NCBI RefSeq assembly: GCF_006345805.1
Contig: NC_042997.1
Location: forward strand, 145,142,001 to 145,206,000
DNA length: 64,000 nt
Source: Octopus sinensis
Taxonomy: Eukaryota
Direction: 5' to 3'
In this document: piece after piece, positions 23,037 through 35,477 of the stretch
Numbering within the stretch: the first letter of the stretch is position 1
How the letters are laid out: the number at the start of each line of letters is the position of its first letter
The notes under the pieces: model-generated
Databases searched by the model: none
What the model was told of the DNA's origin: nothing
Seen by the model: only the letters and a program-made list of their open reading frames with translations
Position numbers and translations under genes: made by a program

Positions 23037-24660
23037 AAATAAATAATAATAATAATAATAATAATGAAATTATTGTATACAGTGCTCAGGTGCACCACAA
23101 CTTGTCAGAAAGTGCATATAAAGTACATGCAGTAATATAGAAATGTCTGGAAAGCGAACAATGTATGAGTCAGATACATGCTTGTGTGTGTATGGAGGGG
23201 AGAAAATCAAGTGTAGTGTTGGCGAATCTCAGGAAGCATGGAAGTTTTGAAGGATGCAGTGCTCCGACAACTAACAACCGATGCCGGCAGTTTGTTCCAT
23301 GCTTCAGCAACTCTCAGCATGAAAAAATGTTTCCTGAAGTCATGGGAGCTGTGCTGTTTTCTTACTTTGTAAATATGTCCACGGGTGTTAGATGGGTGGA
23401 GTTTGAAGAGGTGCTCAGAGTTATTGTTTGTGCGATGGTTGATAATTTTATGGGTGTCTGCCAAATCAGCTGTCAGACGTCGGAGTTTCAATGTGTCCAT
23501 GCCCAGGGAAGTAAGGCATTCAGGATATGGCAAATGCCTGATGGAGGGTATTCTTTTGGTTGCACACCGCTGAACAGCTTCCAGACGATTGATGTCCTGG
23601 GCAAGATAGGGGTTCCAGACCGGTGATGCAAATTCCAGGTGAGGTCTTACCATAGCTATATAAAGCCGCAGAGCGGCTCACAAAGGATTTGGTGAGTGAT
23701 GCCAAGACACCCTCAGCCTTCTTGATAATTTTAGCGATGTGTTTTGTCCAACGCAAATCACTGTCGACAATAACACCCAGGTCACGTTCACATGAAGACT
23801 TTTTGAGACTAGTGTTGTGGAGGGAGTAGGTGGATGCTGGGTTTCTCCTCCCAAAATGCATGGTGGTACATTTGTCCACAGCCAGCTTGAGTTGCCAGTC
23901 CATGATCCACTGCTGCATTGTGTCCAGGTCTGCTTGCAATAGAGATCTATAGTGTACAGGATTTGACCTCTTTATTTCGAGGTACAGCTTGATGTCATCT
24001 GCATATTTCAGCACTGTGGCATTCTTTAAGTTGGCATCTATGTCATTAACAAATGCAACAAATAAAAGGGGGCCAAGAACAGATCCCTGTGGTACACCAG
24101 ATGTCATCTCATAGGGCGAAGAGTGCTGTCCTAGAACTGTGACAACCTCTTTTCGGCTGAAAATAAAGGACTTTAACCAGTTATAGAGTTCGTCTCTTAC
24201 ACCCAACGCAGAAAGCTTCACCATAAGTCTTTTGTGTGGCACAGAGTTAAAAGCCTTAGCAAAGTCCAGGTAAACAACATCCACCCAGGATCCGCGATCA
24301 GTGATTTGGGTAACGTCCTCAAGAAACTCGATGAGTTGATTACAGCAGCTGGAGTTAGGAATAAATCCGAATTGTGACGGTGGATGAGGCTGTGAGACTT
24401 CCAGAAGTTCCAGAGGGTTTCTCTGATACAGGATTCCATCAGTTTGGCGATGCAGCTAGTAAGACTGACGGGGCGATAGTTGACAGGCGATGTGCGGTCG
24501 CCTTTTTTGAACAGAGGGATGACACTGGCAGTTTTCCACTATTCTGGAGTAACACCATTGTCAAGACAGAATTGGAAGAATAGAGAAAGTTGGCTTAGAA
24601 GAAAGTACCCATCGCGTTTGAGAAGTAGGTATGTAACACCATCGATACCAGGAGAGGCAT
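23037..24660 (-). mobile_element. 5'-truncated CR1/L2-group LINE with RT, in DPCD intron 1
   Basis: VIPLFKKGDRTSPVNYRPVSLTS, YLDFAKAF, GVPQGSVLGPLLF, YADD, VRPHLEFASPVWNP motifs with a few frameshifts or stops. (TTA)n tail at about 23037-23066. Confidence 0.95.
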
Positions 24661-25454
24661 AATTTATAGTTGAGGAAAAATAATATAAGTGATTATAGTG
24701 GCTTTATGGCGGTTTTGACTTCTATTTCTAGGCATGTAAGAGTTAGTGAGAATGGAGTCTGGCTGACCAGCTGAACAAAATGCCATCTCTAAAGAAAAGG
24801 GCACAAAAGGACAACTATGGTAACTCACCAATGAAGCAGTTGTTTCATCCCCCACTCTCTCACTGGCTCACTTTATTTTCTCTTACAACATCACCCTCTT
24901 TCTATTTGTAATTGCTACTTCACAATGATGAGAACACAAACACAAACTATACAAGGAAAATCTACAACATCTATCATTACTTCGCATGCTTTTCCATTTA
25001 CTAATTATACATACCAACCCATCGTGGTTTTGGATTTTTTTTACAATGTGACAGTAAATAAATATTTTCTTTACAACTTCAAAATGTTATATTGAACTTT
25101 TAATTTAAATTTGGCTATCTAGGATCAAATTCACGCTATTCCTGCATGATTCACAACATATATATATATGTATATGTGTTTGTATATATATATATATATA
25201 TATATATATGCAGATAGACAGATAGATGCAGATGCACACAGACACACACAAACACATGTATGTGTGTGTTTAGCATAAAACCTTTAGATAGATGCTTACT
25301 TAAAAGTGTTACAAGAACATGTACATACGGTCAGTCAGTCGCCCTGCTAGAAACAGCAGCCAAATTCCTCTTATATTACATCCTTTCATAGGTTTGTCAT
25401 GAGCCCCAGGACACACAAAGATGGAGCTTAACATGATTTCCATATGTATAAGTG

Positions 25455-25620
25455 ACTGAGATGACAACACTTCTTCCAAACGGCGATCCGACTATTTCTA
25501 GAACTCATTTGGAGCTGAGCGGGCTGGAGCAACGTGAAATGGAAGACAAGAATACAAAGCCCTGCTCGGTCCCAGTAACAAAACTACGATCTTACAACCG
25601 TGAGTGCAAAACCTTAAACA
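25455..25620 (-). mobile_element. SINE family C, diverged fragment
   Basis: CTGGAGCAACGTGAAAT core. Confidence 0.55.
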
Positions 25621-26182
25621 CAATCCCACGCACCCGTCCGTAAGGTAAGAAAAAAAGAGATGCAGTGGCTTCAAGTCGAATGATTTCAATGACAGGTCTA
25701 CTTGAATAGAGCTGATCTGGGAACAAAAAAAAAAAAGCAACAATGTTGTCATTCGACTGGCTAAAAATAAAAGCTAAATAGCTTTCATATTACACCCTAC
25801 AGTTAAAAAAAAAAGGGTATACATTGGCTAAACTAATCCTATTTGTGAAAAAGGTCGAATGTTTACAAATGATACAACGAAACGAGTTTAAACATCGAGA
25901 TGAAATGTAATCACTTTGACCGAGCCTTTACGTATTTTTTCTTGTAATAAATTTGTGATTCAATAAAATCTATAATCGTTAAAAAAATCGTATAGCTGCA
26001 AATTAAAGAACATTTAAACTTCGCTGCTTTTCTACAATGTTCAAACTCATAACACATCTTCGTGTTTATATCTATGTGTTAGGAACGAAAGATTTCATTC
26101 ACATGGCTTTTACTTTAAATCATAAAACTAAAAAGTATCATAGGCAATTAATTTCAAGAATCTAATGCTTCAACGAACATAC

Positions 26183-26243
26183 CATCTTGTGTTATACAAG
26201 TTTTCTGAGCGGATTTCAATTTTTCGACCCAGTCTGATGCCAT
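26183..26243 (-). CDS. DPCD: DPCD exon 1 (MASDWVEKLKSAQKTCITQD-G)
   Basis: ATG at 26243-26241, phase-1 donor G|GTATGT. Resembles the human DPCD N-terminus (WLESLRTAQKTALLQDG). Confidence 0.93.
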
Positions 26244-27367
26244 CCCGTCGCTATGCAGCAATCCTAAACACACTTTGGTTATTAAAGAGTGACTAAGGGG
26301 GAGATTATTTCATGCAAGTCTAACCGAACTTAGTTCTCTATGCGATAGACCGATGTTCTGCTGAGAAATAATGTTATCGTGTCGGTGTTAACCTTAACTA
26401 TGGAACGAAATAGAGAACATAAACTAAATCTTCAACACAAAGAAATAATACTATGAAAAGCTATAAATTTTTCCATTAAACAGAAATAAAGTAACAGTTT
26501 AACCTGGAATTTCCACGGGTCCCGTGAACGAGTTGCCAGATTTTTAAAAAATATTTTATGAGGTGGGGTGGGGTACAAAAGGAAGTCTTTCTAGTAGCTC
26601 GTCCGTAAGGTAAGAAAAAAAGAGATTCTAGTAGCTCTGCGAGTGACATAGCATCTCTAAGATCTATTTCCCCAAAAATTTTGGGCCATGTGCCTAAGGT
26701 AGAAATGAATATTTATTTCACCTAAGGCGGCGAGCTGGTACAAACGCTAGCACGCCGGGCGAAATGCTTAGCGGCACTTCGTCCGTCATGAATTTCGGAG
26801 TTCAAATTCCGCTGGTAGAGTTATGGGTACGATATACTTACACAAACGTACTCCACCACTGATTTTGTTTCCTTATAACTTTCTAAAGCATGGGATTTTT
26901 TAATAAAAATTTCTTAAAATATTTTTCAGATGGGGAAAAATTACAAAGGAATTTAGGGCGAAGGTAAAGAATACGCACACACGATGTTTAAGGTTAGTTT
27001 TAAGGGTGGTGTGCGTATTCTTTACTATAGGTGGCACACACGTATACTTACTGACACACATTACGTATATACATCTACAAAATGAAACTTGACAGTTTGA
27101 AAAAAAAATATGTGCACCCACCAAGTTTGTTTTTCACATTAAATTCCGATAAAACCATAATCTAAACCATCTTAAAAGCATTCGTGGAAAAGTTCATTAA
27201 AAAATACCCATTTTTCTGTAAGTTATGGGGAAACAAAATCCGTTGGGCACGTTTGTGTAGGTATGCCCATAGGCATTACCTTCTCTTCTGACTAAAAGAT
27301 AGAAAAAAAATCTTCCAGGAAGCAGATGCGAGTTATTTACCCTAGATGTAACTAAGTGTTGATAAAT
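26244..27367. promoter_or_regulatory. Putative bidirectional promoter and 5'UTRs shared by DPCD and EMG1
   Basis: 1124 bp between divergent ATGs, free of microsatellites and relatively CpG-rich. TSSs cannot be determined from sequence. Confidence 0.75.
26660..26815 (+). mobile_element. SINE family B fragments inside the bidirectional promoter
   Basis: Tail-like 26660-26710 followed by head AAGGCGGCGAGCTGG...GAGTTCAAATTCCGC. Confidence 0.75.
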
Positions 27368-27499
27368 ATGTCGGACAGCAGCGACCACGAGGAGGATGAG
27401 AGAAGTAAAACCATCATTAAATTGGCTCATTCTAAGCGAAATGTGAATAAAAGACGTCTCATAGTTGTATTAGAAAATTCATCACTGGAAATAGTAAAG
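27368..27499 (+). CDS. EMG1: EMG1/NEP1 exon 1 (MSDSSDHEEDERSKTIIKLAHSKRNVNKRRLIVVLENSSLEIVK)
   Basis: ATG at 27368, donor AAG|GTAAGT, 132 nt. RRLIVVLExxSLE is the Nep1 N-terminal motif. Confidence 0.96.
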
Positions 27500-28445
27500 G
27501 TAAGTAGAAACTATCTGAATTCCATCATAAATTTACTTATTTTCTTCGTGTTTTCATTTACATTCCACCACGTTGTATTGTCGTTGCTGTATTATTTTTA
27601 ATATGTAGTCTTAATTTAGATAAAATTTACTATTAATATAATAATTGATTGTAATTTTTGTTGAAGTTTAAGGCGATAATTTGTTTAGTGACTACTCGAT
27701 TGAGTGTTGCTTACCAACCCATTCCAATTTCTAGTCCATTGAGATATAGGTTGTTTTCTCTCTGCCTTTTCTATTGCTGCTATAGTGCCTTTGTAACCAC
27801 CTCCACCCAAGCATTTCTAACTAGTATCTTTCCAATCATCGCCCACTTAGTATCCATTCCTCTAAACCCAACACTACCACCATTCCCACTGAGTATCACC
27901 GCCTCTGGAAATCCCTTCCTGTCCATATTTTCGATGTAGTCTGTTGGCAGCTATTCAAGAACAGTATTGACCTCACCAATTTCAGTTGACTGGAAGGACT
28001 TGAACATAGCCCTTTTTTTCATATCAAAGCATTGAAAAGAAATCATTATCATAATCATTGTCTGTTTAACGTCCGATTTCCATGCTGGCATGTGTTGGAC
28101 GGTTTTATTGAAGGCTGCACCGGGCTCCAATTTGATCTGGCAAAGCTTCTACAGCTGGATGCCCTTCTTAACACTAACTATTCCGAGAGTGTAGTGGGTA
28201 CTTTTTTATGTGCCACCAGCATGAGGGCCAGTCAGGCAGTACTGATATCGACCACACTTGAATGGTGCCTTTTACATCCCACCAAAAAAAAAAAAAAAAA
28301 AGAAATTCACACCATATCTCAGTGAATATAATGATTATAGAATTTCAAAAGTAATTTAAGGAATATAAATTGTTGTATTTGCTAATTTAATTCATATATT
28401 TATATTACTTTTTCCTTATGTATTCTCATTTCTCTTTTTGACCAG

Positions 28446-28547
28446 ATTGGGAAACAATATGAACTTTTAAATTGTGATAAACATCGACATTTAGGGAAAA
28501 AATTCAAAAAAGATATGTCAACATGCAGACCAGACATCACTCACCAA
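28446..28547 (+). CDS. EMG1: EMG1 exon 2 (IGKQYELLNCDKHRHLGKKFKKDMSTCRPDITHQ)
   Basis: Acceptor gaccag|, donor |GTAAGT, 102 nt. Contains YELLNCDxH and RPDITHQ (the Asp is equivalent to human D86, mutated in Bowen-Conradi syndrome). Confidence 0.98.
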
Positions 28548-28659
28548 GTAAGTGCTTCATTAAAAATTTGTTTTACAAACACGTAAGATATAAATGAGCA
28601 GTTCTATGCTGATTGGGACTCAGTGTCTCTTTCTCTTACACCTGAATAATATATTTTAT

Positions 28660-29150
28660 CAGTTTTGGTCATTAGGCTGTGACCATGCTGGAGCACTGCC
28701 TTAGGGAATTTTAAGTCAAATGAACTGACCCTAATATTTGTTTTTTCTCTTTAAGCCTCATACTTATTTTGTTAGTCTCTTTTGCTAAACCACTAAGTTA
28801 CAGGGATGTAAAGACGCCAACACCAGTTGTCAAGCATTTAGTCGAGCAAATTAAACCCAGGACTTATTCTTTGGAGGCCTAGTACTTATTCTATCGGTCT
28901 CTTTTGCTGAACTGCCCAGTTACAGGAACGTAAACACAGCAACATCGGTTGTCAAGTGATGTTGGGGGGGACAAACATATACACACATTCATATATACGA
29001 CGAGCTTCTTTCAGTTTCCATCTACCAAATCCACTCACAAGGCTTTGGTCGGCCCGAGGCTATAGTAGACACTTGCCCAAGGTGCCACGCGGTGGGACAG
29101 GGCCCAAAACCATGTGGTTGGTAAGCAAGCTACTTACCACACAACCACTC
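28660..29150 (-). mobile_element. SINE family A copies (nested/tandem) in EMG1 intron 2
   Basis: Two 3' halves plus a head ending at CACACAACCACTCCT. Confidence 0.8.
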
Positions 29151-29317
29151 CTAATTGCAAATTTTAGAAAAGTCAAGCGATTTTTCTTGTACTCTTAAAA
29201 AGAAAGCAGCTATTGTTTTGATTTTTGCTTTTAATTTTTGGTGGCCATGTGTAAATTATTTTAATTTGTAGTATAACAATTCATTGTTATTTTACATCTT
29301 TGTTTTTTTCTTTTCAG

Positions 29318-29459
29318 TGCTTGCTGATGTTGATGGATAGTCCACTTAATCGTGCTAATCTTCTTCAAGTTTATGTCCATACGGAAAAGAATGTTCTGAT
29401 TGAAATAAATCCACAGACTAGAATTCCTCGCACTTTTGAGAGATTTAGTGGGCTGATGG
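29318..29459 (+). CDS. EMG1: EMG1 exon 3 ([47 protein letters not shown])
   Basis: Acceptor ttttcag|, donor G|GTAAAT, 142 nt, phase 0-1. DSPLNRA and [17 protein letters not shown] motifs. Confidence 0.99.
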
Positions 29460-29724
29460 GTAAATAAAATATACATTTTTTTATATACAACAGCTATGCT
29501 AGAACATTACTTTTCAAGGATTTTGTTGGGTAGTAACAGCAGATTCATAATATATACCATCATCATCATTATTTAGCGTTCTTTTTTTCATGCTGACATG
29601 GATTGGCTGGTTTGACAGGAGCCGGCCAGGCAGAAGCCTACACCAAACTTCTATGTCTGTTTTGGCAAGGTTTGATGACTGGATGTTATTCCCAGCACCA
29701 ACCACCCAGCAGAGTGGTTATATC

Positions 29725-30200
29725 ATCATCATCATCGTTTAACGTCCGTTTTCCATGCTAGCATGAGTTGGAAGCCAGGAGGCTACGCCAGGCTTCAGTC
29801 TGATCTGGCAGTGTTTCTACAGCTCGATGCCTTTCCTAATGCCGACCACTCCGTGAGTGTACTGGGTGCTTTTTACATGCCGCCAGCACAGTGGCCAGAG
29901 GAGGCTGGCAAACGGCCACGATCGGTTGGTGCTTTTTATGTGTCACCAACACAGACGCCAGTCAGGTGGCGCTAGCATCAGCCACATTTGGATGGTGCTT
30001 TTTACATGCCACCAGCACAGGTATCTTTTCTACAATTTCCATTTGATTTTTATTTTGATGTTGGTGTTGATGTACTTGACTCAATAGGCCTCCTCAAGAA
30101 CAGCAGGTCACTCTACGATCCAAGGTTAGCACAGCAGGCCGTCCTGCGAGCCATGAACTCACTTCATTTGTTGGGTCTTCGCAGTCACATCATATCTCAG
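29725..30200 (-). mobile_element. RTE 3' fragment including the ORF end
   Basis: Reverse complement resembles 47790-48275. Confidence 0.8.
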
Positions 30201-30329
30201 AGGTCTCGGTCTTTCATCATATATATATATGAGGGATCGCTATCAGTTGCTATGATAAGGCTGCAATTGTTTGAGCAACTGAATTAACATGTAGCTTGCT
30301 ATGCATTTTACAGACATATTTTCTGTGCA

Positions 30330-30515
30330 GGTGGCACGTAAAAAGCACCCACTACACTCGCAGAGTGGTTGGCGTTAGGAAGGGCATCCAGCTGTAGAAA
30401 CACTGCCAGATCAGACTGGAGCCTGGTGCAGCCCCTGGCTTCCCAGACCCCGGTCGAACCGTCCAACCCGTGCTAGCGCGGAAAACGGACGTTAAACGAT
30501 GATGATGATGATGAT
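30330..30515 (+). mobile_element. RTE 3'-end copy, near consensus
   Basis: GGTGGCACGTAAAAAGCACCC...GGACGTTAAACGATGATG. Confidence 0.9.
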
Positions 30516-30525
30516 ATATCCTTAA

Positions 30526-30734
30526 CCCTTTAGCATTCATGTTACTCTGTCAGATATTGTGCTTATTTATTTACATTGTTTTCAATTAATTGTACATTAT
30601 ATCAAAGCTTTGAAATATTAATAGACACACCAAGCTAAGTAAAAATGTGGTTGCCCTTCCATTGAAGCCCGTCCTTTGCAACCTTCTCCAGTTGAGCATC
30701 CCTAATTTTGTTGGCCAGTTTAAATGCTAAAGAG
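30526..30734. mobile_element. piggyBac-type MITE with TTAA TSD
   Basis: TTAA|CCCTTTAGCATT ... AATGCTAAAGAG|TTAA (TSDs at 30522-30525 and 30735-30738). Confidence 0.8.
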
Positions 30735-31412
30735 TTAATATAATTCCCAAGGATAATCATCATGCCTCTGTATGTGATATGGTTTGTTGTACCATTGAAT
30801 TATAGGTACAATTCATCTGACAAACTTTTATATAGTTTCTATTTCCTCACACAATTTATGTGTTCGCCAAGGCCATAAAAAATGATATTTAGTCAAGACG
30901 CCATGCTGTTTGATTGATTTCAGGAACTTGTAGTTGTGAAGTGAACTTAATCATTTGACCATACTGCACCTGGGTGTGTATGTGTATTAGATAAATCCCG
31001 ATACCTCATCTCCACCATCCTTTCTGTCATTCCTGTTGGGATGGCCAAGTATCTCCCTTACAGCCACACAAAGCCATCTCCCTCAAACCACACACCTCAC
31101 TCTGTCTTGTCTTACAAGTTAACAGAAACATCCAACCATAGAAACCCTGCCATATTGGGTCCTGTTGAACCGTCCAACCCATGCCAGCATGGAATACAAA
31201 TGTTAATGGCAATGACAAACATATACACATCAAATAGGCTTCCATACACTTTCTCCACCAAACTTTACTTGTAATGCTTTGGTACAGCCTAACACTGAAG
31301 TAGTAGATATTTGCCACAATAGTCAGATCCTGTGAGAACCATTTGATTATGAAACAAACACTTTAACTTTGCAGTTATGCCTAACTGATAAGTTGTATTC
31401 TTTACATTGCAG

Positions 31413-31471
31413 TTCAGCTTCTTCACAGACTTAGTGTGCATGCATCAGATGGACCACAGAAATTATTGAAG
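31413..31471 (+). CDS. EMG1: EMG1 exon 4 (VQLLHRLSVHASDGPQKLLK)
   Basis: Acceptor cattgcag|, donor AAG|GTTGGT, 59 nt, phase 1-0. Confidence 0.97.
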
Positions 31472-32548
31472 GTTGGTCATTAATTTTGTTACTTTGTTGT
31501 TGAATGAAAATGGCCAATTACAGAATTTTTTTTTCTTTGTCTTGCAAGTACTTGGTGATCCTATGGGTGCAGGTGACACTTAAAAGCACCCAGTCTACAC
31601 TGTAAAGTGGTTGGTGTTCGGAAGGACATCCAGCTGTAAAAACCTTGCCAAAACTGACCTCACATGTGCTTGTGCCACAAAAAAAACACAGTCCACTCTG
31701 CTGAGTGGTTGATGTTAGGAATGAGCATCCAGCTGTAAAAATAGTCACAGAAGTCTGGTGCAGGCTTCAACATAGCCAACTCTTGTGAAACTGAGCCACC
31801 TAGCATGGAAGGCAGCCGTTAAATGATGATGATGAGGCATTGGCCAGAATTAGTTTCATTAAGCGTTTTTTGAGAGGTAGTCAGTTGTCATTTTGGAATT
31901 ACTGCCCTCCTAGATAGATTGAAGGGCCACATCTCTTACATATATTCTGTTGTTAGCATTGATTTTGTGGTGGATACCTTTCAAGTGACAAACATTTTAC
32001 AGGGTGAACTAGGATAGAGAAATTTTGTTGTGGCACCAGCCCTGTAAGAGTAGAGTCCTTTCGATTCTGTGTTATCTCGGTTCATTCACCATGACTACTG
32101 TGTGTACAGTGTACATTTTCTTGTGGCACCAAAACTGAACATGGTTGAAATTCTGATCTATTTGTCTCAACTTGGACTTTTTTTTTACATCGTGTAGGAT
32201 TGGGAATTAAAAGAGGGGGGAAAATGAAATTTTACCATGTGAGCATTTTTGATGATACATGTTGAGGTAAAACGGGCTTACGTCCCTTACCTATTTTCTT
32301 TTTGGTGATACATTTTCGAGGATTTTAGATTTGCTTTTTCATATGTAAAACCCTCTTGTCTCTTAGCAAAGATAAAATATTACCAATAATTTCGGTGTTT
32401 TATGAAATAAAACTCATTAAAATATGGTTATTTTTAATTTATAACTTTTATATGCATGGTGTTGTTGTGTGGCTAAGAAGCTTGGTCTCTCTGCGCAGTC
32501 CATTGGGCAAGTGTCTTCTTCCATATCCCCAAGCTGACCAAAGCCTAT

Positions 32549-32583
<35 letters not shown>

Positions 32584-32813
32584 GCACACACACACACATA
32601 ATTATCACCATCATTTAATGTTTGTTGGTCATGCTAGCATGGGTTGGACAGTGTGACCAAGAGCTGACAAGCTAGGAGGCTGCACTAGACTCCAGTCTGA
32701 TTTGACATGGTTTCTATGCCTGGATGCCCTTCCTAATGCCAACCACTTTACATGCACACATACATATTATGTCCACCTTTCCATGCAAGCTTAGAAAGGT
32801 GGACGTTAAATGC

Positions 32814-33172
32814 TCTTTTACTTGTTTCAGTCATTTGACTGTGGCCATGCTGAAGCACCGCCTTTAGTTGAGCAAATCAACCCCAGGACTTATTTTTTGT
32901 AAGCCTAGTACTTATTCTTTTGCTGAATCATTAAGTTACGAACATGTAAACACACTAGCATAGGTTGTCAAGTGATGTTAGAGAGACAAACACAGACACA
33001 CATATATACGATGGGCTTCTTTCAGTTTCCATCAATCAAATCCACTCACAAGGCTTCGGTCAGCTCGAGGCTATAGTAGAAGACACTTGCCCAAGTTGCC
33101 ACGCAGTGGGACTGAACCCAGAACCATAGGGTTCATAAGCAAGCTACTTACCACACAACCACTCCTATGCCT
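32814..33172 (-). mobile_element. SINE family A in EMG1 intron 4
   Basis: Reverse-complement match to the family. Confidence 0.85.
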
Positions 33173-33296
33173 ATAATGATGATGATCTATTTGAAAATTA
33201 ACTATAACTGAAAGTTGTGAAATATTAGGGTTGTCTTTTTTGTTTCTTTTTCCATTATCTGATTCTTAAAAAAAAACACTGAATTTATTTTTACAG

Positions 33297-33446
33297 GTTA
33301 TAAAGAATCCTATAAATGACCATTTACCTGTAGGATGTACAAAGCTGACCATGTCATTCAGTGCTCCATTATGCAAAGATGTGAAGTCATTAGTGCCAGA
33401 AAAAGATCCCATTGTGTTCGTGATAGGGGCAATGGCTCACGGGAGT
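33297..33446 (+). CDS. EMG1: EMG1 exon 5 (VIKNPINDHLPVGCTKLTMSFSAPLCKDVKSLVPEKDPIVFVIGAMAHGS)
   Basis: Acceptor ttttacag|, donor |GTAAGT, 150 nt. VIKNP.xDHLP and the SPOUT SAM-binding IGAMAHG motif. Confidence 0.98.
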
Positions 33447-34444
33447 GTAAGTTCATTTCACTGCAATTTCATCATCATCATCATCATTTAATATCTGTTC
33501 TCTATGCTGTCATGTGTTGGACAGCTGGACTGGAGCTGGCAAACCAGATGGCTACACCATACCCTGGTCATCTGTTTTGGCATGGTTTCTATGGCTGGAT
33601 GCCTTCCTAATGCCAACCTCTTTACAGAGTATAACTAGGTGTTCTACATGTGGTGCTGGCATGGATGCTTTTTTAAGTGGTGCCTAATTTTTAAAGATAT
33701 GATTCATTGTAGAAGTCAGCATGAGTGTGATTAAGATTTCTTTGCAGCCATATGGTTTCTGGTTCAGTTCTACTATGTGGCACCTTGGGCAAGTGTCTTT
33801 CACTATACCACTAAGCTGGCCGAAGCTTTGTGAGTGAATATGTAAATGGAGACTGGAAGACCATCCGATAATACAGAAGTGTATAGAAAATTGTTGATTA
33901 CCTCAATCCTGTGACATAGCTAGTGTATGTGCCACTCAGACTGACTGAGTTTGCTTATACAGCAAACCTGAAAGTGCCACCCCAATAGAAGCATCATTTG
34001 AGAGTGGACTGTCTCAACCTCAGATCCTCCATCCCGACTATGTTACTGTGTATGGCCTAGTATTTTGAGATCACACCTCATCACTGCATTCTGGTTTTCT
34101 CCTGGCACAAATATTCTCTATAGTGAGCCCAAGCACTCACATCATCCATTCCCATCACATAACTATATGACAGGACATGGGTTGGACAGTTTGACTGGCA
34201 AACCAGAGGGCTGCACCAGGACCCAGTCTGTTTTCCATACTGGCCAGCTGGAGAGTTACACCAGGCTCCGATTGTCTCTTTTGGCAGGTTTTTTTGGTTG
34301 GATGCCCTTCCTAACACCAACCGCATTTCAGGCTGTTACTGGCTGCTTTATGTGTGACACCAGCATAGGTGATATTTATGTGGTACAATCATATCATTGA
34401 AATTTCATATCTATGAGATAATTCATAATTAACTCAAAACAATC

Positions 34445-34985
34445 TTCATCATCATCATCGTTGTTTAACGTCCACTTTCCATGCTGGCATGGGCTGGATG
34501 GTTTGACTGAGGGCTGGCAACCCAGAAGGATGCTCCAGGTTCCAATCCAATTTGGTAATGTTTCTACAGCTGGATGCCCTTCCTAACGCCAACCACTCCA
34601 AGAGTGTAGTGTGTGCTTTTTACGTGCCGCTGGCACAAGGGCCAATCAGGTGGTACTGGCATCGACCATGCTTGAAAGATGCTTTTCATGGGTCAGCCAG
34701 CACTGGCATCGACCACGTTTGAATGGTGCTTTTTACGTGCCAATCAGTCAGTTCTGTCATCAGCCACAACGACAACTTCAACAATATTTTAATGAGTTTT
34801 ATTTCATAAAACATTATTGCTTAATGGTTGAAGGATACTCTTAAATGGGCTGGTTATGCTGCACTGGCATAGGCCACGGTTACAGTTTCACTTGGCTTGC
34901 TGGATCTCCTCAAGCACAGTATATCTCCAAAGGCCTCGGTCACTTGCCTTTGCCTCAGTGAGGCCCAACATTCGAAGGTTGTGCT
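34445..34985 (-). mobile_element. RTE 3' fragment including the ORF C-terminus
   Basis: Reverse complement similar to 59196-59839. Confidence 0.8.
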
Positions 34986-35363
34986 AAAATAATCTGAATG
35001 CTGAAGGGTTGAATGTTTATTATTTAGTGTCAAAATTATTGCTGCACAGTTACTAGCATACTTCCACTGCAATTCAGTGGAACTATATCAGTGACCAGAT
35101 CACAGTTGATGCAACAAAAATTTCAATACCAAATAAAGGATTGGTTGAAGTTTAAGTCTTTGTATTTTGAATGGCTATTACATAAAAAGTACCCAGTACA
35201 CTGTAAAGTGGATGGCATTAGGAAGGGCCAAGCCATAACAGATAATTGGAGCCTGGTGCATCTCTCCTGCTGGCCAGCTCAGAGGTTAAATGATGATGAT
35301 GATATGTCTACCATGTTGTAATTGATTTTATATTACAATATTGTCTTTTATTTATTTATTTAG

Positions 35364-35477
35364 GTTGATGTTGATTATACAGAGAAGTCCTTGTCCATTA
35401 GCAGTTATCCTTTGTCCGGTGCACTGACCTGTGCTAAAGTCTGTTCAGCATTTGAAGATGCTTGGGGGATAGTTTGA
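35364..35477 (+). CDS. EMG1: EMG1 exon 6, terminal (VDVDYTEKSLSISSYPLSGALTCAKVCSAFEDAWGIV*)
   Basis: Acceptor tatttag|, TGA at 35475-35477. ISxYPLS and the WGI C-terminus. Total 232 aa. Confidence 0.98.
   Translation, partial: VDVDYTEKSLSISSYPLSGALTCAKVCSAFEDAWGIV

Noticed and set aside
24925-24931. C-box (ATGATGA) of an intronic snoRNA; snoRNA/U7-like genes in EMG1 introns
   Set aside because: No D box with a terminal stem at a suitable distance, and nothing recognisable by eye in the EMG1 introns. An Infernal/Rfam scan would be decisive.
27356-27367. GTG start for EMG1 suggested by the ORF track
   Set aside because: A eukaryotic gene; the in-frame ATG at 27368 gives a normal-length protein.
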